Shown piece after piece: positions 11,325 through 24,727 of a stretch of 64,000 nucleotides of DNA. Under the pieces are notes generated by a model. The model saw only the letters and a list, made by a program, of their open reading frames with translations. It did not search any database and had not been told where the DNA came from. Made by a program: the position numbers and the translations under genes. The DNA is from Blasia pusilla. Taxonomy: Eukaryota. The DNA is taken from the NCBI GenBank assembly GCA_050084515.1, contig CM114271.1, positions 21,452,001-21,516,000 of the forward strand, in the 5' to 3' direction. Positions within the stretch are counted from its first letter, which is position 1. Each line of letters starts with the position of its first letter.

Positions 11325-14300
11325 TCACATAAGAGTTTCTTCTTGAGAGTCCAAGATAATTATGGCGTCTTTGGTTTCTCCTATTGCTCTAGGGTGTAAT
11401 TCACAATCTAATGGAATAGATGAATCAGCAAGGCTATCAAGCATAATGTCCACTTTTGTCCTCTTTGAGACACTGGCGGACCTGTAGGTACTATGAGGTG
11501 TGCTATTTACCAAAGGCCATTGGGAATCTGCGTTTAAGCCATGGGACGGGTTCTCATCAACTTGGCTCAATAGTGCCACTAGGTCCAAACTAATACATGC
11601 CGACCCTTCCATTTCTGCCTCCATGTTCAAAAACTTAGTTTTCCTCGCTCTGTGGAAGGATTCCACTTGGTGCTCTTCGAAACTCGGCTGAGTTCTAACA
11701 GGATCACAAGACCTTCGTTTTAATTGCAAGCGGTCTAGCCAATTCAGGCGCCTACGCAGGCTACGGTTCTGTGGTTCATTCCCCACAAACGGCTCAGGAA
11801 AGTGGGTGGCAATGTCATTAGCATTACCTTCAACGTGAGTGTTAGTCTCTACCCTGGCCTTGAGGTTCAAAACTGAATCTAAATCCTTCTGCACTAGTTG
11901 AAACAAGTGTTCAAGGAGCATATCTGAGAATGGAACCCCAAGGGTAGCGTTTAGGCATTTCTCCATGATGTCTCGAACATCCTTGGTGGTGGTTTTTGGT
12001 GGCGGATCTCTTCCTGTAGGTTCAGCAAGCACATGGTCTTGTCCCTCATGCCCAATATCTCCATCTTTGTCTTCCTGATCTTTTTCATGTAATTCATCTT
12101 TGTGTGGCTCTTGCACCAAATTTTCAAACCCGCCCGCTCTGCTTCCAAAGCGAGTTCCTAAGCAAGACAACAACTGAACTTCTGTGTGGCCACAGAGGAG
12201 AAGACATTTTACCTACAGACGGAGTGTGTTAAAACAGATGGAATTCAGCTTGCTGAAATCTGATGTAAAGACCCTAAATCACATCAAAGTTGTATGAAGA
12301 CAGACCTGATGTTTACAAGTGAACCCTTCGTTGGCACGAGGACATGTACAAGCAGCATCTCTTGTATCGTAGTCGACCACATCATGCCAAACATCTGGCT
12401 TTGAAATACTTTTCACCTTCGCACATTTCCTCCCATCTACCAATTCAAATGTGACATGATTATCCGGTATGTCATTTGCCCTTTTAATTGCCATGAGCAT
12501 AACTTTTTGTATGGCCTTGTTTCTCACCATGCCTTCTCGTTTCAAGAAGCCTAGGTACCAGAAGAAATCTTCTATTTCACCAGTGAGCATTTGCACAAGC
12601 CATATCAGTTTTCTTGTTGGCTTCGTGGGCATGCTGGACGCTAGGTGCATTTTTAGAGTGTGGTGCTACCTTTCGATTGCAGCATTCGTATCTTGGTTGG
12701 ATCTTGCGTGCTTACGTTATCCCTTGGCCCAGTTCAAAATTTTTGGATGCCAGTAGCTTCCATAGTACTTCACAAAGTGTCGTTCTGATCCAACCCACTT
12801 GCGCATGAACCGATAGGAGGCGTCGATGGGATCTGCAATGCCATATGCAAATTATTTATTAGTCACTAAACGGTATGTGGAGGAAATCATCCAAGAAAGA
12901 GAAAAGCATGTAAGTGTACTATCTGTTTGATTGATGATATACCTTCATCACGTGAGTACATTACACCACCCAAGTCTCTGTTCATGTCCGCTTTCGTAAT
13001 TGGACAACGCACTCGTTTATGCAGATTCTTTAACCAGTTCTTGCAAACATGCCATAAGCAGAGGTCAATAGGGACACCCGGAAATACATTTCGAATAGCA
13101 GATTGTTCCTCTTTCGAATCATCCACAATGAAGCATGAAGGCTTCCATTCATTTGCCTCTGTATCTTGCAGGCTCGAGTGTATATTCCTCTGTGCCCAGT
13201 CCTTGATTTGGGAAAAGGTCTCCACTAGATCTTCGTGTTGGTGTCGTTGTAGGATTGCCCATACCAATGGCAGGCCATTCTGGAACTTATCAAAACCCAG
13301 CAATGTGAATAATTGATACTGTGAACACACATAACATAATGTTCAGAATAGAAGACAAATGAAAACAGGCACCAGGGTGTACGTAAGAAAAATCGCACAA
13401 AATGGAATGGTTACTGATAAAGATAAACGCATTGACTCACCTATAATGTCCATTGAAAGTAGTGAAAAACAAAAATTTGAATCATGTATTCTTTGAAGAC
13501 ACTTTACACTAAGTTCAAAATTTCCAGCATTCCAAACAGTCCTTAAGTAGAAGCATTTCTGCTTGCCTGCTCCATGGCTCCATCAATTCTACAACAAATG
13601 ATAGGATCAAGGCCAACTAACCTCGTAAGTGTTGGTGCCATGGGTTGCGTCCATGGAGATGGCCCCGCCATTCCCTAGCTCTAAGAGATTCTGGAGCATC
13701 CAAGGTGTGGAAAGTACAAGGCAAAAGGACTGGTTCAACTTGGAAATAGCCTCCCTGTAGTAAATTACATTCTCAGGATGTGCTTGTACCCAGTGATGAA
13801 TTGCAGTAGCGTCATCGGTTCCGTCATACCCCCCTTCTCGCCTTCGCATAGAATGCTTAATATTTAGTATGCCTTGATGCTTCAGCATGGCGTCCCTGCC
13901 CCATGCATGTTTCTGATTGGGGTTTTCACGGATGTGTACGCGAATCCACCTCCTATGCTCTTTCATGATATTCTTGGGGCTTACATTCACTCGTAACAAG
14001 CGCTCTACAAAATCCTTGCAGTGCAAACTTAGTTTCGGGGCGACAGTTGCATTTGCAATATCTTCTGTCTTATCCAAGTCACCATGGCATATCCGACCTT
14101 CCCTGTCCACATGGTTTGAATGAAGATGCCTTATCATATAGAAACCAACACGATCTGCTGGATAGACTACAGCAAAGTGAAATTGGCATCCGCGTCCTTG
14201 AGATAGTCCAAGGCGTGTGCTCTGGTTTTCTGGCCTGCTACCCTTGCCCCCTATGCGACGAATGTTAGAGTCAAAGACCTCATTGGGCAAAGATGTCCAA

Positions 14301-14626
14301 ACCGAACCCCTACAATCATGCGGTCCATATGCGCACCAATATCGAATGGTAAGATTCTTGTGTCCTGATTTATCAATCTTGCTGATTTGGAAAGTAGTCT
14401 GAAAATGCGGTCTATATTCTTCACCACGGATGAAGTCATGTACCCTTTCAGCATGAATCCATGCCTCCTTTCGGTCACCATACCAAATGAGGTGTTCTCT
14501 TAAAAAAGGACCAGGCGATGGGGTCTGGATTGTATCACATTCTAATGTACTGGAATATTTTGTGTATTTCACCATGATGACAGGGTAGATACAGATTTGC
14601 GAGGGCTTTGAGAAGTTGCCAAGCAC
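11325..14626 (-). pseudogene. MULE (MuDRA-like) DDE transposase with SWIM zinc finger; spliced; two premature stops
   Basis: Exons ~14626-13622, 13318-12943, 12832-12306 and 12212-11325 join in frame. They give SMDATHGTNTYE|YQLFTLLGFD, FIVDD...DLCLWHV, DTNAAIER*HHTLK and the SWIM motif CTCPRANEGFTCKH. Stops at 12719-12717 and 12668-12666. The 5' end is uncertain. Confidence 0.9.
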
Positions 14627-14888
14627 AAGAAGAAAACAAGAACACAGTGAGGTCTGTGTTCGGACATGCAGATTTCCTCCAAATTACCAAAAACACACGA
14701 AGCATGCATAGGGATTACTTAGCCATACTTAGTATCATTCATATATCAGTGAAACACTGCCAGTGAGGTACAGCATGCTTTCGAATACATCAACTCAGGT
14801 TTAAGGGAAGAATTCTTTGGATCAAACAAATTTCTACTGCCATTACAAAAAACAAATTTGAGGGGTAGAGATACATACCTTTCAAATC

Positions 14889-15301
14889 ATAGTATAAACC
14901 GTAGTCAGGTTGAGGTTCAGCTCTGCGCACCGAAGCCTTCTTTATCCGTCTAAAGCTTGAATTTGAAGAAACTCTGGTTTAATCCTCTACGTTTAGCTAA
15001 TCCAAACACGCAGCTATTCGGATCCAATGCCCGAACATTTCGGAATCCAAAATCTTCTTAATCCGAAAAATGATTCTTAAACGGCACTAAAAATAGTATA
15101 AAACGTACTCAGGTAGAAGTTCAACTCATTCGCTCTGTGCACCGAACAGAGCCTTTTTATCCGTCAAAAGCTTGCATTCGAAGAAACTCTGGTTTTTTCT
15201 TCTACGTTTAGCTAATCCGAACACGTAGCTATTCGGATCCAATGCCCGAACATTTTGGAACATCCAATCCCTGATCGACGAAAGCTCTTCTTAATCCGAA
15301 A
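14889..15301. repeat. Direct duplication (~180-210 bp x2) upstream of the transposase
   Basis: ATAGTATAAA...GAAGAAACTCTGGTTT...GCTATTCGGATCCAATGCCCGAACATTT...CTTCTTAATCCGAAAA occurs at ~14889-15070 and ~15093-15301. Confidence 0.85.
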
Positions 15302-15534
15302 ACCTCCCTCTCTAATCCTCGCTAATCCTATGTTCCTCTGAAGCATTTGCTAATCCACATGGTAACACAAACAGCGGTTCTGAAGCATTTGCTAATCCGC
15401 ATGGTAAACCGACGACGCTGCATTTGTTTTTTCAAAACGGGATGGCGGGAGAGTATGGGTGAGGGGACGGACTGCGATACGGAACGGAATTTTGAACGGA
15501 CGAACTGCGATACAGAACGGAAACCTAAACGGAC

Positions 15535-15766
15535 GGAAATGATTCCGTCCGTCCGTCCATACCTCCGTCCGTCCGTCCGTCTATCCGTCCAACCGTCCAT
15601 CCGTCCACCCAGTCGTCCAGCCGTCCATCCGTCCTTGAAGCTCGATATCCGCTGTCCGCTGCCGGTATTACCAACCCTAATCCCGTGCCGAACCGCCTGC
15701 GCCTAAGGCCTAATCTATGCGGCCTTAAACGCATGGCCGCGACTATCTATGGCTTTCGGCCCGGAC
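15535..15766 (-). repeat. Right TIR and subterminal repeat of the MULE
   Basis: Inverted match to 3186-3420. Confidence 0.85.
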
Positions 15767-18700
15767 AAACGAGAAATCATTCAGGACATCATGGCTTTTT
15801 CCACACTTGTTTCCCCACTCTCAAAAGAATCCTTAAACAATACACAACATCTACATTATAATCCGATATATTATGAGTGTCGTCTTCTTGATTAACGAAT
15901 TCGTTTGTCTTTGGGGAGCAAGAAAATGCGACACAGTCTTTATAGTCTAGTGTATAGTCTTTATGGACTATACACTAGCAAAAGTTAATCGACCCTTTTC
16001 AGTAGTTAATCGAACCTTTTCAAGTGTATCTCACCTCACTAGTAATAACTAAAAAAATTTGTTTATCATTATGAGGAAAGTAAGGTGAGAAAAATGTCAA
16101 TTTTATCACTCATAATTCAAAGTTTAAATATCCTTAAGTGAGAAAGTAAAATACATATAAATCCATCTTTCATTCACCTTCTACTAACTCAAAACTTCCT
16201 TTCTAAGAGTGAATTTGAAATTTGAAATTTACTATAATAAAAATTATAGTGAGAAGCGAAAACTTAGATATGAATATTTGTAGTGATAAGTTGTATATGA
16301 ATCCCTACGATAAATACTTCTTGTTCCTACTATTAAATGGGGAGAGGGAAATGATGTAAATTCATGCTCTTGGTTCTTTGTGTCAATTCCCACTCTTCCC
16401 TTTTATGCAAGTTAGCTTTTCTTTGTTTGTATTTAAAGTTTTGAAAAGTGTGATAAATCCCTTGGCTAGTACAAGATCTATGAAGAGAGTAAGTGTTCTA
16501 CACCTACTCCTTTGGACTCCGTCGGCCCAAATATACGTTACGAGCACGACGGGCTCATGGGTAGGTTTGGATGCGGGCCGCGGATATCCAAGCGCCATGT
16601 CTGTCCTGTGAACGGATTTGTTTGTTTTCATGTAATCTTGACAAGCATATCAGTCATAGTTTGGATCAACTAGTATTTTATCTCACGAGTCTTAATCTTA
16701 GCCTATCCTTCAAGTTCAATATATGTAGATGTTATGGTCTGATAATATCCCCTATCTCCCTAATACATGCAAGTCCTTCCAGACTTGAGTAAACTTCCTT
16801 TGATAGTCTATAAACGTAAAACAATGCTAACGCGTAAAATGGTCCCAATTGCCGAATAGATCCCTAACGAATCTCTAACCAAGACTCGACATCTGAGTCA
16901 CGAATCAAAGTTTAAGGTAAGGGTCCATAAATAGTCCATTGGATTTTGGTTGCAATTAATTGGTATCCAAACCCCAAAGCCAATCTCTCAATCCATCCCA
17001 TTATCGTGTAGTAAAATAAATCAATATGTACATTCCACTGCTATAAGTGTTTGAGAAAGCGTGTATAAATATTGAGTGATAAATTTAAGAAAATAAGATT
17101 TCATATTTAAATATTTTGAGAATATCTCATTTGTGCAGACCTAGTTTTGCTAAAAGAGATCATAAATGAAACATGCTAAACATAAAAGTAAAATAGAGTG
17201 TTTATATATTAATAAATTTGATGAAAAGTCAAGACTAGAGTAGTTCGAAGGATATGGAATATAATTATGATGATATTTTAAAAATAGATTAAAAGTAATT
17301 TATCCAAACGGGATCAACTACACCTTGAGAGAAAGCCATGTGGCATAAGATGAGATTGACCTTACTTTGTACTCTTGTGAATATCTCATGAGTATATAAA
17401 GAGGAGAGACTTTCAAGGATTCATTACCTTGAATTCTATTTTCTCGAGTTATCTTTATCATTCTTGAGATAATAATATTTGACTTGGTTGCTCTTCTAAG
17501 AAGATTGGATTATCCCTCTTGGAGAATAACTTGGCATGATCAATTCTTGAAGAGCTTGAGAATTTGATGAGTCTAGAGTCGAATATTTTGGAGAGACTTG
17601 TTATCTTAGAAATGAATCGTCTCACGATTGATGGTATTTAACTTGGTTACTCCTCCAATAAGAGTGAGTTAACTCTCGTGAGATAATAACTCAACCATAA
17701 TCTATTCTCTAAGAGTTTTAGAGATTGATGAGTGTAGAATAATTTTTAGAAATTTATTATTCATAATTTTGAGGGAATATGTGTAGTGGTTGCTTGTGAC
17801 CTTAAATTATGTAGGGAGAGAGAGAATAATAGAGTATGTTTGTCAAATATGGATAGAGATGGAATATTAGCTAGTGGTACTTGATTTCCCTTTCTTAAAC
17901 CCATATCTGATTCACATAAAGATCCTCTTTATAGATAAGCATTGGTTTGTTCGTTATCTAATCTACCACTTTGGGGAGACATTCATAAACCAAGATAAAC
18001 AATCACCAACTCTGGTAATACTTCCAATTCTCGCTTATGGAGGGATTTGGGATTGTATATTGAACTTCTCATTAAGCAATCTATGAATACAAACAAGCCT
18101 CTTTGAGTAGGTTTTAATACAAATTCTGTAATTTTGTTAATGTACAATGGAAAAATGCTTTATGAAGACTTCATAGTTTTGAATTTTGGGGCTAGGTGAT
18201 ATGAAGAAGTGATTGCCTTCATGGAACCATTTGTGACTTCTATCGTTAGTGAAAAGAGATTGTACGTTCTGATTCGATATTGAATAGGAAAAAACTTATA
18301 GATAATTCATCTTGCATCAACAACTACCTTAGCTAGAAGGTCCGCCTTACTCAAAGAAAGGATCTTGACACAAAAATTGATGCTTCAACTGATAACTCTT
18401 TAAGGCGGTAGACTATTGTTTTGTAAATTGAGGTTTTATCAAGATGACTTTTTTGGATGGTGTTGCATCAATGGGAGCTGAAGATCTTCTACGAACATTG
18501 GAAACATTATTGAGCCAACAACATGGAGTTAACATAGCTTACATTTATGAAAAAATCTAATTTCTGAAAAAAAATGATTCGTCAAAATCTAAAGGTATGA
18601 TCTTATTAGATTAAAAGTTCATAAGTGAGATCTATGAAAAAGAAAGTTTAATTTGATGACAATCTTAAGGAGATGTTTATCCAAATAAGCACCAATTCTT

Positions 18701-20086
18701 TGATACAAGCGTGCTTATAATTCACTCACATGAGTTGCATCAAGAAATAGCAAGGTTTATGGAAGGAATAAATGGATATCAATCTTTGGAGAAGAAATTG
18801 GATGGGCACAATTTTGAGGCGGAGAAGGTAGAATATCCTATCACGGCACGAGTATAACCACAATACAAGGTTCTAGTTCGAAAAGTGAAACTGATAGCTA
18901 CTCAACTACCAAAAGGACTTTGGGATACAAATCCCCAAAGAGATCCACACCCATCTCTATATTTAGGAAAGTCCTCTTGAGCCACTCCTTCTGGCCCTCG
19001 AGCTAATTATCATTTTGATAGCTTGGGGATAATTTTGAGATCTTTGCTTGTAAGTTTATATCAATTTTTAGTACGTTGGAAACATCTTCTCTCAAGCTTT
19101 TCAACGCCACCAAGTAAAGGCTGCAAGTGGGTATGGATGGAAAAAAAAGTCTCCAATATGCACATCCATTTGCTAATAATTGGGCCTCTAGTGATGGAAT
19201 CTCCCACATTGTGAGCCCGCCACAAAATCCCATATGGGTGTATGGCAGGGTTTACTTACGTCATTGTGGTGGCCTTTTGGGCTATCCACAATGACGTAAG
19301 TAACTCACCAATTTCAATAACATTTAGAGAGATAATATCAACAACAACTAAAGAGACATGACTTTAACAAAGTGCGTTTCTTATGTCAACTTCTTGCACA
19401 ATCTGAGCTTGTTTCAAAAGCCTATTAGCTTGGGCATCTCGCAAATTTATGGAGACCTATCGCCTACGATAAAGAATCGCAATAGATAAGGATAACTCAT
19501 TTCTCGATTTGGGATGATAAGGGAAATCCGTATCGGATGAGTCAAACCTCACGTCTATAGCCCCATATACCTTTATGGCCATGGAGATGAACCGATGTCC
19601 ATTTTGAATTCGACTATAGAGATAGGTCTTCTTCATTGCCATCACTCCTTGTTGCAATCCCCCTTTTGTCACCACCAAGGCTTGCATAGCCTCCCGTGTA
19701 GGATCTGTCACTACAACATCTGCCACCATCACCGTAGCCACTCGCGTCATATAAAGATCAACATGAATTAGGGAATCCCACATATGCATGAAGTAGTGCC
19801 TCTCTATCTATATACACATTGAAGCCATTCTTATGAGCAATATTGAATATGATATCCGCATAACATCATGAGTGGAAATTTTCTCACCCCCAACTAGACA
19901 TCATGCTAAATGCACACCAAGTGGATCTAGACTTCAACAACATTCATCATGTGTTGAACCAACCACTGATGGTCGGGGGAGGCCTAGCTCGCTTAAAATT
20001 ACTTCCTTTGGATTCTCCGACTTCCACACGCACACTTAAGCACTCAACAAGTGTGGGGTAATCCGAAAGACCTCAAATGAAGGAGA

Positions 20087-20191
20087 CTAGTATAAGCCCG
20101 TGCGATGCACATGTTTACATTATCTCCTATTGATTGAGAATGTGAATAATTGCATTGGTTGAAAGTGCCAAGTGGAGAGAATTTAGGAATG
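20087..20191 (-). mobile_element. Helitron 3' end (hairpin + CTAG), apparently interrupted by the Gypsy insertion
   Basis: Minus strand reads ...GTGCATCGCACGGGCTTATACTAG|T, the typical Helitron 3' hairpin-CTAG followed by T; 5' end not located. Confidence 0.55.
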
Positions 20192-20674
20192 TGTCACATC
20201 TGAGTAGCCGATAGGCCGAGATCTATCGTGGATAGGGCGTAGGAGCCAACGGACTATCTTGAGTGTACCTTTGTCCCACGGTGTCAGATGAGGTTGAGGA
20301 TAGGTCCATTGTGTCAGGAACGTCGTTTCTGACAACTTTCATGTTGAGGTCTTTTATAGCCGGATGACTTGTTGACCAGGTCAACCGCCCCTGGTAACCT
20401 GTGCGCACAGGTTACCAAGGGGAGGGCTATTTTTAGGGGAAGAGCCTTTTGGCTCTTCCCAACCCTATATAAGAGAGGAAGATGGCTTTCCTAAGCCATC
20501 TTTCTCATGTTGGGCCGTTGGAGCACCTCCCTTGTATGTGTGTGAGCTAGGACTAGGGTGCTATCGTCCGGATTCCTTGATAGCATAGGGTGGACGAGGC
20601 TCAATATGCCGATGTAGATTGAGGAGTGGAGTTTTAGGCCGGGTGTGCCGTTTTCACTACTCTTTATTTTTACA
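20192..20674 (+). repeat. Repeat A1 (5' LTR-like; TG...CA; TATA box at 20466-20472)
   Basis: Near-identical to 29271-29752 and homologous to 63211-63676. Confidence 0.93.
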
Positions 20675-20685
20675 TGAGAAAGATG
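20672..20685 (+). promoter_or_regulatory. Putative self-priming primer-binding site
   Basis: ACATGAGAAAGATG is the exact reverse complement of CATCTTTCTCATGT (20497-20510), ~30 nt downstream of the TATA start. No TGG tRNA-type PBS is present. The pairing is conserved in the 63211 copy. Confidence 0.75.
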
Positions 20686-21869
20686 TCACGGGGCTGGTGG
20701 AAATTTGTTGTTTGTAGGTAGGCAAGCGAGTTGCCTTGGTCGGGAGCCCCAAGAGACGCGTGTGTTGCGGGTGTTTTTCATTTTTCTATTCGGAAGGCCG
20801 TGGGCGGAAGCGCTGTCCATTTTTCTCAGATTTTGCTGGTGCGGATTGATGGGGAACAGCAGCCGAGTGTAGTGTGTGGTGGAGCGTCGGGTGTACGCGA
20901 GTGAGGGTGTCGAGAGAGAGAAGAAATGAGAGTCAGGGCGCAGACAGACGGGCGGCGACGGGAGCTAACGGGTGGCAATAGACGGGCGGCGGATGGCGGA
21001 CAGCGGACAGCGGGTGGCAACGGCGGATGGTGGGTGGCAACAGCGGACGGCGGGCAGCCATGGCGCGGCCCCCCTTCCCCCCGGGCATTTATTACACCGC
21101 CCCGCCCCCTCCAACGTGGTAGGATTGGAGCGGCCGTGGTTGGTAGGACGGACGAGGTTAATCCGGCGAACATGAGTTGAGATTTTCCGGACATGATTGG
21201 GAGCCAACCAGGGTGAGTCACGTTACATGCCACGCGTGGGGATAGATAGAGAGGTTTGCGTGACATGATGTTTTGGGGCGCGACAGGGCGTTACGAGAGT
21301 TGACGATGGAGGGGCAGTGTGCATGATGCCAACGGGTTGTCCGCATCTGTTGACGGGAGGATCGACGTGTTGGTCGAGGAGAGTGTTGTGTTGCGGAGAT
21401 TGTCATATCATATGGAGGAGTGCATGTTGACGGTGCAGCAGGTTGGAGGGCGTGATCAGGTTACCCATTCGAGTCCCTTTTCCCGCACTTGTCGTGTGTG
21501 ATTGAGAGTGCTGGGTATCGGGTAGTAGGTGGTGCTAGGTGGGTGCAGTGATGGTGACGAGTGTAGATTCTTTTCATGTGTAGCATTTTGGTGGATATAC
21601 GGCGGTTGCCGAGTAGGGATCACGTGTATGACCCGAGAGAGTTTCGCTAGGTTAATTGAGTCAGTTGGGAGGCTCATGGTGAGCCCGAGTGTTGAGCGTG
21701 CGTGAAGCCGGGTATGTCATCACGGGATTGATGTTAGCATAGGTGAGCTAGTAAGGCGTGTGGGAGACTCTCAGTGAGTCTGAGTGCTTGAGCGGGTGAG
21801 ACAGGGTTTGTCATCACTGCGTTCTTCTAGGGTTCGGAAGAACGGGGTAGTGCGAGCAGTAGTAGTGGT

Positions 21870-23918
21870 GTGACACGGAGTGGAGTGAGATACCGAGGGG
21901 TTACCAGTGAGGAGCTCCCTCGACATCCATCCGTGACTGGATCTTCATCACTGGACACTGGGTCTGGTGACGAGATCACAGACAGAGACAGTAGTACTTG
22001 GCAAGAGATGGACGACATGGGGCATCGGGGCATGCGTCGTTTCTCGGGTGTAGTGGGCACTATCGACTTAGATGATTTTATCCAGGAGTTCGACACATGG
22101 TGCGACTTCCAGGAGATACAAACCCCGACACGGTTCAACCCTTTCATGGCATGGAAGGGGTTGTTTCAGCACTTGGAGGGTCCTCCGATGGATGACTACA
22201 TGGAGTTTCGATCACTATATTCAGAAGAGATCGATGCCTGGAGGATGTATTGGGCTCCAGGGTATGTGTCCACTAGTGGTCGCGAGGCTTATGATGGGAT
22301 TGTGAGAAAAGAGAGACCCACACCATCAGCCCGGAGACTAGATGGAGAGGAGGGCAGTGAGACTCGCGATGTGGCAGAGACCTCTGGTGGTAGAGGGCCA
22401 CCTAGCTTCAGCCCCACAGTAGAGTTCTTTCGACAGTTGGGGAAGAGCTACCAGGGCGTACGCACCGATAAGCTGAAGAGTCTACAGGATTTTCAACGAC
22501 GATCGGGTGAGAGTCTGAGAGAGGCATTCACACGCATGAGAAGGCTGATCATTGCTACGTTTGGAGTGACTGAGGCAAAGTCAGTCTAGTATTGGTACGG
22601 GGTTCTGGACCGAGAACTACGGAGGAGAGTCCGAGATGCGGTGCTGATTCACACAGCAAAGCCCACATTGAAGGTGGTCTTTGAGTTGTCTCGAGCGTAT
22701 TGAGCTCAACATGAGTGAGGAGCGGTAGTGACCGCTGATTTTCTTGAGAGTCGACGGGTCCCTGGCGATGGTGACCCAACAGTGTGCCAACGAGCACCCG
22801 TACCACGGAGCGGGCGGTGTGCCTAGAGAGAGCGGGCGGGTACCGTGAGCCTATGAGACAACGACCCGTACCTACATATGTTGCCCAAAGACCAGGACCG
22901 ATGTGGTCTTGTTGGGCGTGTGGAGGGGCCCATAGGCGAGAGAGGCGCCCACAAAGCATGGGAGAGGACCACGGCGCCTCAAATTGCTCAGGAGCCACAA
23001 AGGATGGCCCCACCACAGCACCAGTGTGACCATCGCCACAGATATGGTCACACTAGGGATAGATGTTTTGACCTTCGCCGAGGGGCACGTCCAGAGGTAG
23101 GCCGAGGGCCTGGGGGCGGTCGTCCTAGAGGAGGTCGGGGAGTTCTTCCTGGACGTGATGGTAGAGGACCACCACCAACCAGAGGAGATGGATCAGGAGC
23201 ACCAGAGCCGGCACTTCTCTCACGCATCGATCAGTTGGAGCAGAGGATTGCTACCATGACGATGATGCAGCTTAGGCAAGGCACGGAGCTGCGAGCAGCT
23301 AGTGTGACTCCAGCTTCTACCTCTTACCCTGACCTGGGTGAGGATCTCGCCATTATGGGATTTATGTGTAGTGCAGCCCAGGTTGAGGCACCTGCAGTGG
23401 TGACTCGGGGTGCTGCGAGAGGCACCGAGCCATCGAGAGGTGGAGTTGAGATTGACCCACCAGAGGGGACCGATGGGCGGCAGGCCAGGGTTCCACAGTC
23501 GTTCATATTGTTGGAGGCACTACACACACCATCGATGGTGCCTCGACAACCAGAGGTGCCTACAGTTCAGACACCTACGTCGACGTCACGAGGAGTTGGA
23601 GTGACAACTCCTATGCCGGCTCGAGTGGAGTCAGTGTCGACCATGGTGTTGGAGGTGGCCACTAGAGTGAGTCAGACTCCGCTATTTTCCGCCATAGAGT
23701 TGGCGATGTTGGGAGTTGGACCAGCTGAGGTGTTCCGGTTGGCCACCACCATGTGTGAGCGTGGAGAGATGACTGCTTCTTGTTCAGAGGTAGTTGAGGA
23801 GGTGGTGGACTTGCCCTCAGAGCTGGTGTTTGGGACGTTCCCCATAGAGTCATGGCATGCGGCGGCGGCGGTTGATAGATATGCCCACTCGACCATAGCC
23901 ATAGAGCGGCGGTGGTGA
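21870..23918 (+). pseudogene. Gypsy gag region (retrotransposon gag domain plus degenerate zinc knuckles)
   Basis: RFSGVVGTIDLDDFIQEFDTWC; FQRRSGESLREAFTRMRRLI; SCWACGGAH and QCDHRHRYGHTRDRC knuckle relics; interrupted by stops and frameshifts. Confidence 0.75.
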
Positions 23919-23989
23919 CACATGGAGTAGTGTTACTGGATAATCGAGCTTGAGTATTTCGCTTGGTTAGTCCGACGAGGACAGTATAC

Positions 23990-24330
23990 CACCTGCAACG
24001 CGTCCTACTTGATTCGGGAGCGCAACCCTTGATGTTAGGGAAGGCGGCGTGTTTAGCGTTGGGGTTACGGAAGGCCGACATTGAGCCTTGTCCCTTCCAG
24101 ATACAGACCTCGATTGGGGGCGTATCACCCACTCAGTAAATGACTCGACAGGAGATTGTTGTCAGAGTCCAGCCAGAGCAAGCGACGGATAGTGCTATGG
24201 TGCGCACACGTGCGATAACGACACCAGCTGAGTCGTATGATGTGTTGGTGGGGAGTACAGTGTTATATCCCCTAGGATTCATCCTTGACTTCTGGGAGGA
24301 GACCGTTGCTTATCGGCCAGGATGGCGGTC
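23990..24330 (+). pseudogene. Retropepsin aspartic protease domain
   Basis: VLLDSGAQPLMLG at 24002-24040 and YDVLVGS C-terminal motif. Confidence 0.85.
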
Positions 24331-24727
24331 AAGTGACGGTCGAATGAGTCAGTTACCCGTGCAGTTTGCGGGACGAGGTGGTCGATCATGAGGCGAGTCT
24401 ATGACCACGTTGGCAGCTTTCATAGGTAGTGTTAGCTGGCCAGGAGAGTTGGTGGAGGGGAATGCACATGCGGAGGATGTCCCAGTAGCGGATAGTCCCA
24501 TGGAGAGACAAGCCATGGCGGGTGTCGCTTCCCATGTTGGTGAGGCCTCTTCACCATTGTGGGGTACGACTCGAGAGCTACAGAGGAGTGCCGACGACCT
24601 CGTGAGGCAGGCGTGGAGTCATGTTTTTATCCCACAGCCGCGAGAGTCACGTGGCGATCAGGCTCTTGGAGTGGAGACGATGACCCCGCTAGATACCACA
24701 CCTGTTGTGTGGCAGTGCCGAAAGGAG

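Larger units (their letters stand above)
3186..15766 (-). mobile_element. Mutator-like (MULE) DNA transposon, ~12.6 kb, with terminal inverted repeats
   Basis: 3186-~3300 (gcccggaccgaaagccatagatagccgcggcc...ggattagggtcggtaatacc) is the reverse complement of ~15650-15766. GGAC/GGAT-rich subterminal repeats continue the inversion inward (3300-3420 vs 15545-15635). The element encloses a MULE transposase. No TSD recognised. Confidence 0.85.

Noticed and set aside
3170-15785. Expected 9-11 bp TSD around the MULE
   Set aside because: The flanks (…TCATCTCCA and AAACGAGAA…) do not match, so no TSD is claimed
15800-20080. AT-rich region with possible retroelement relics
   Set aside because: No diagnostic motif or terminus I can support
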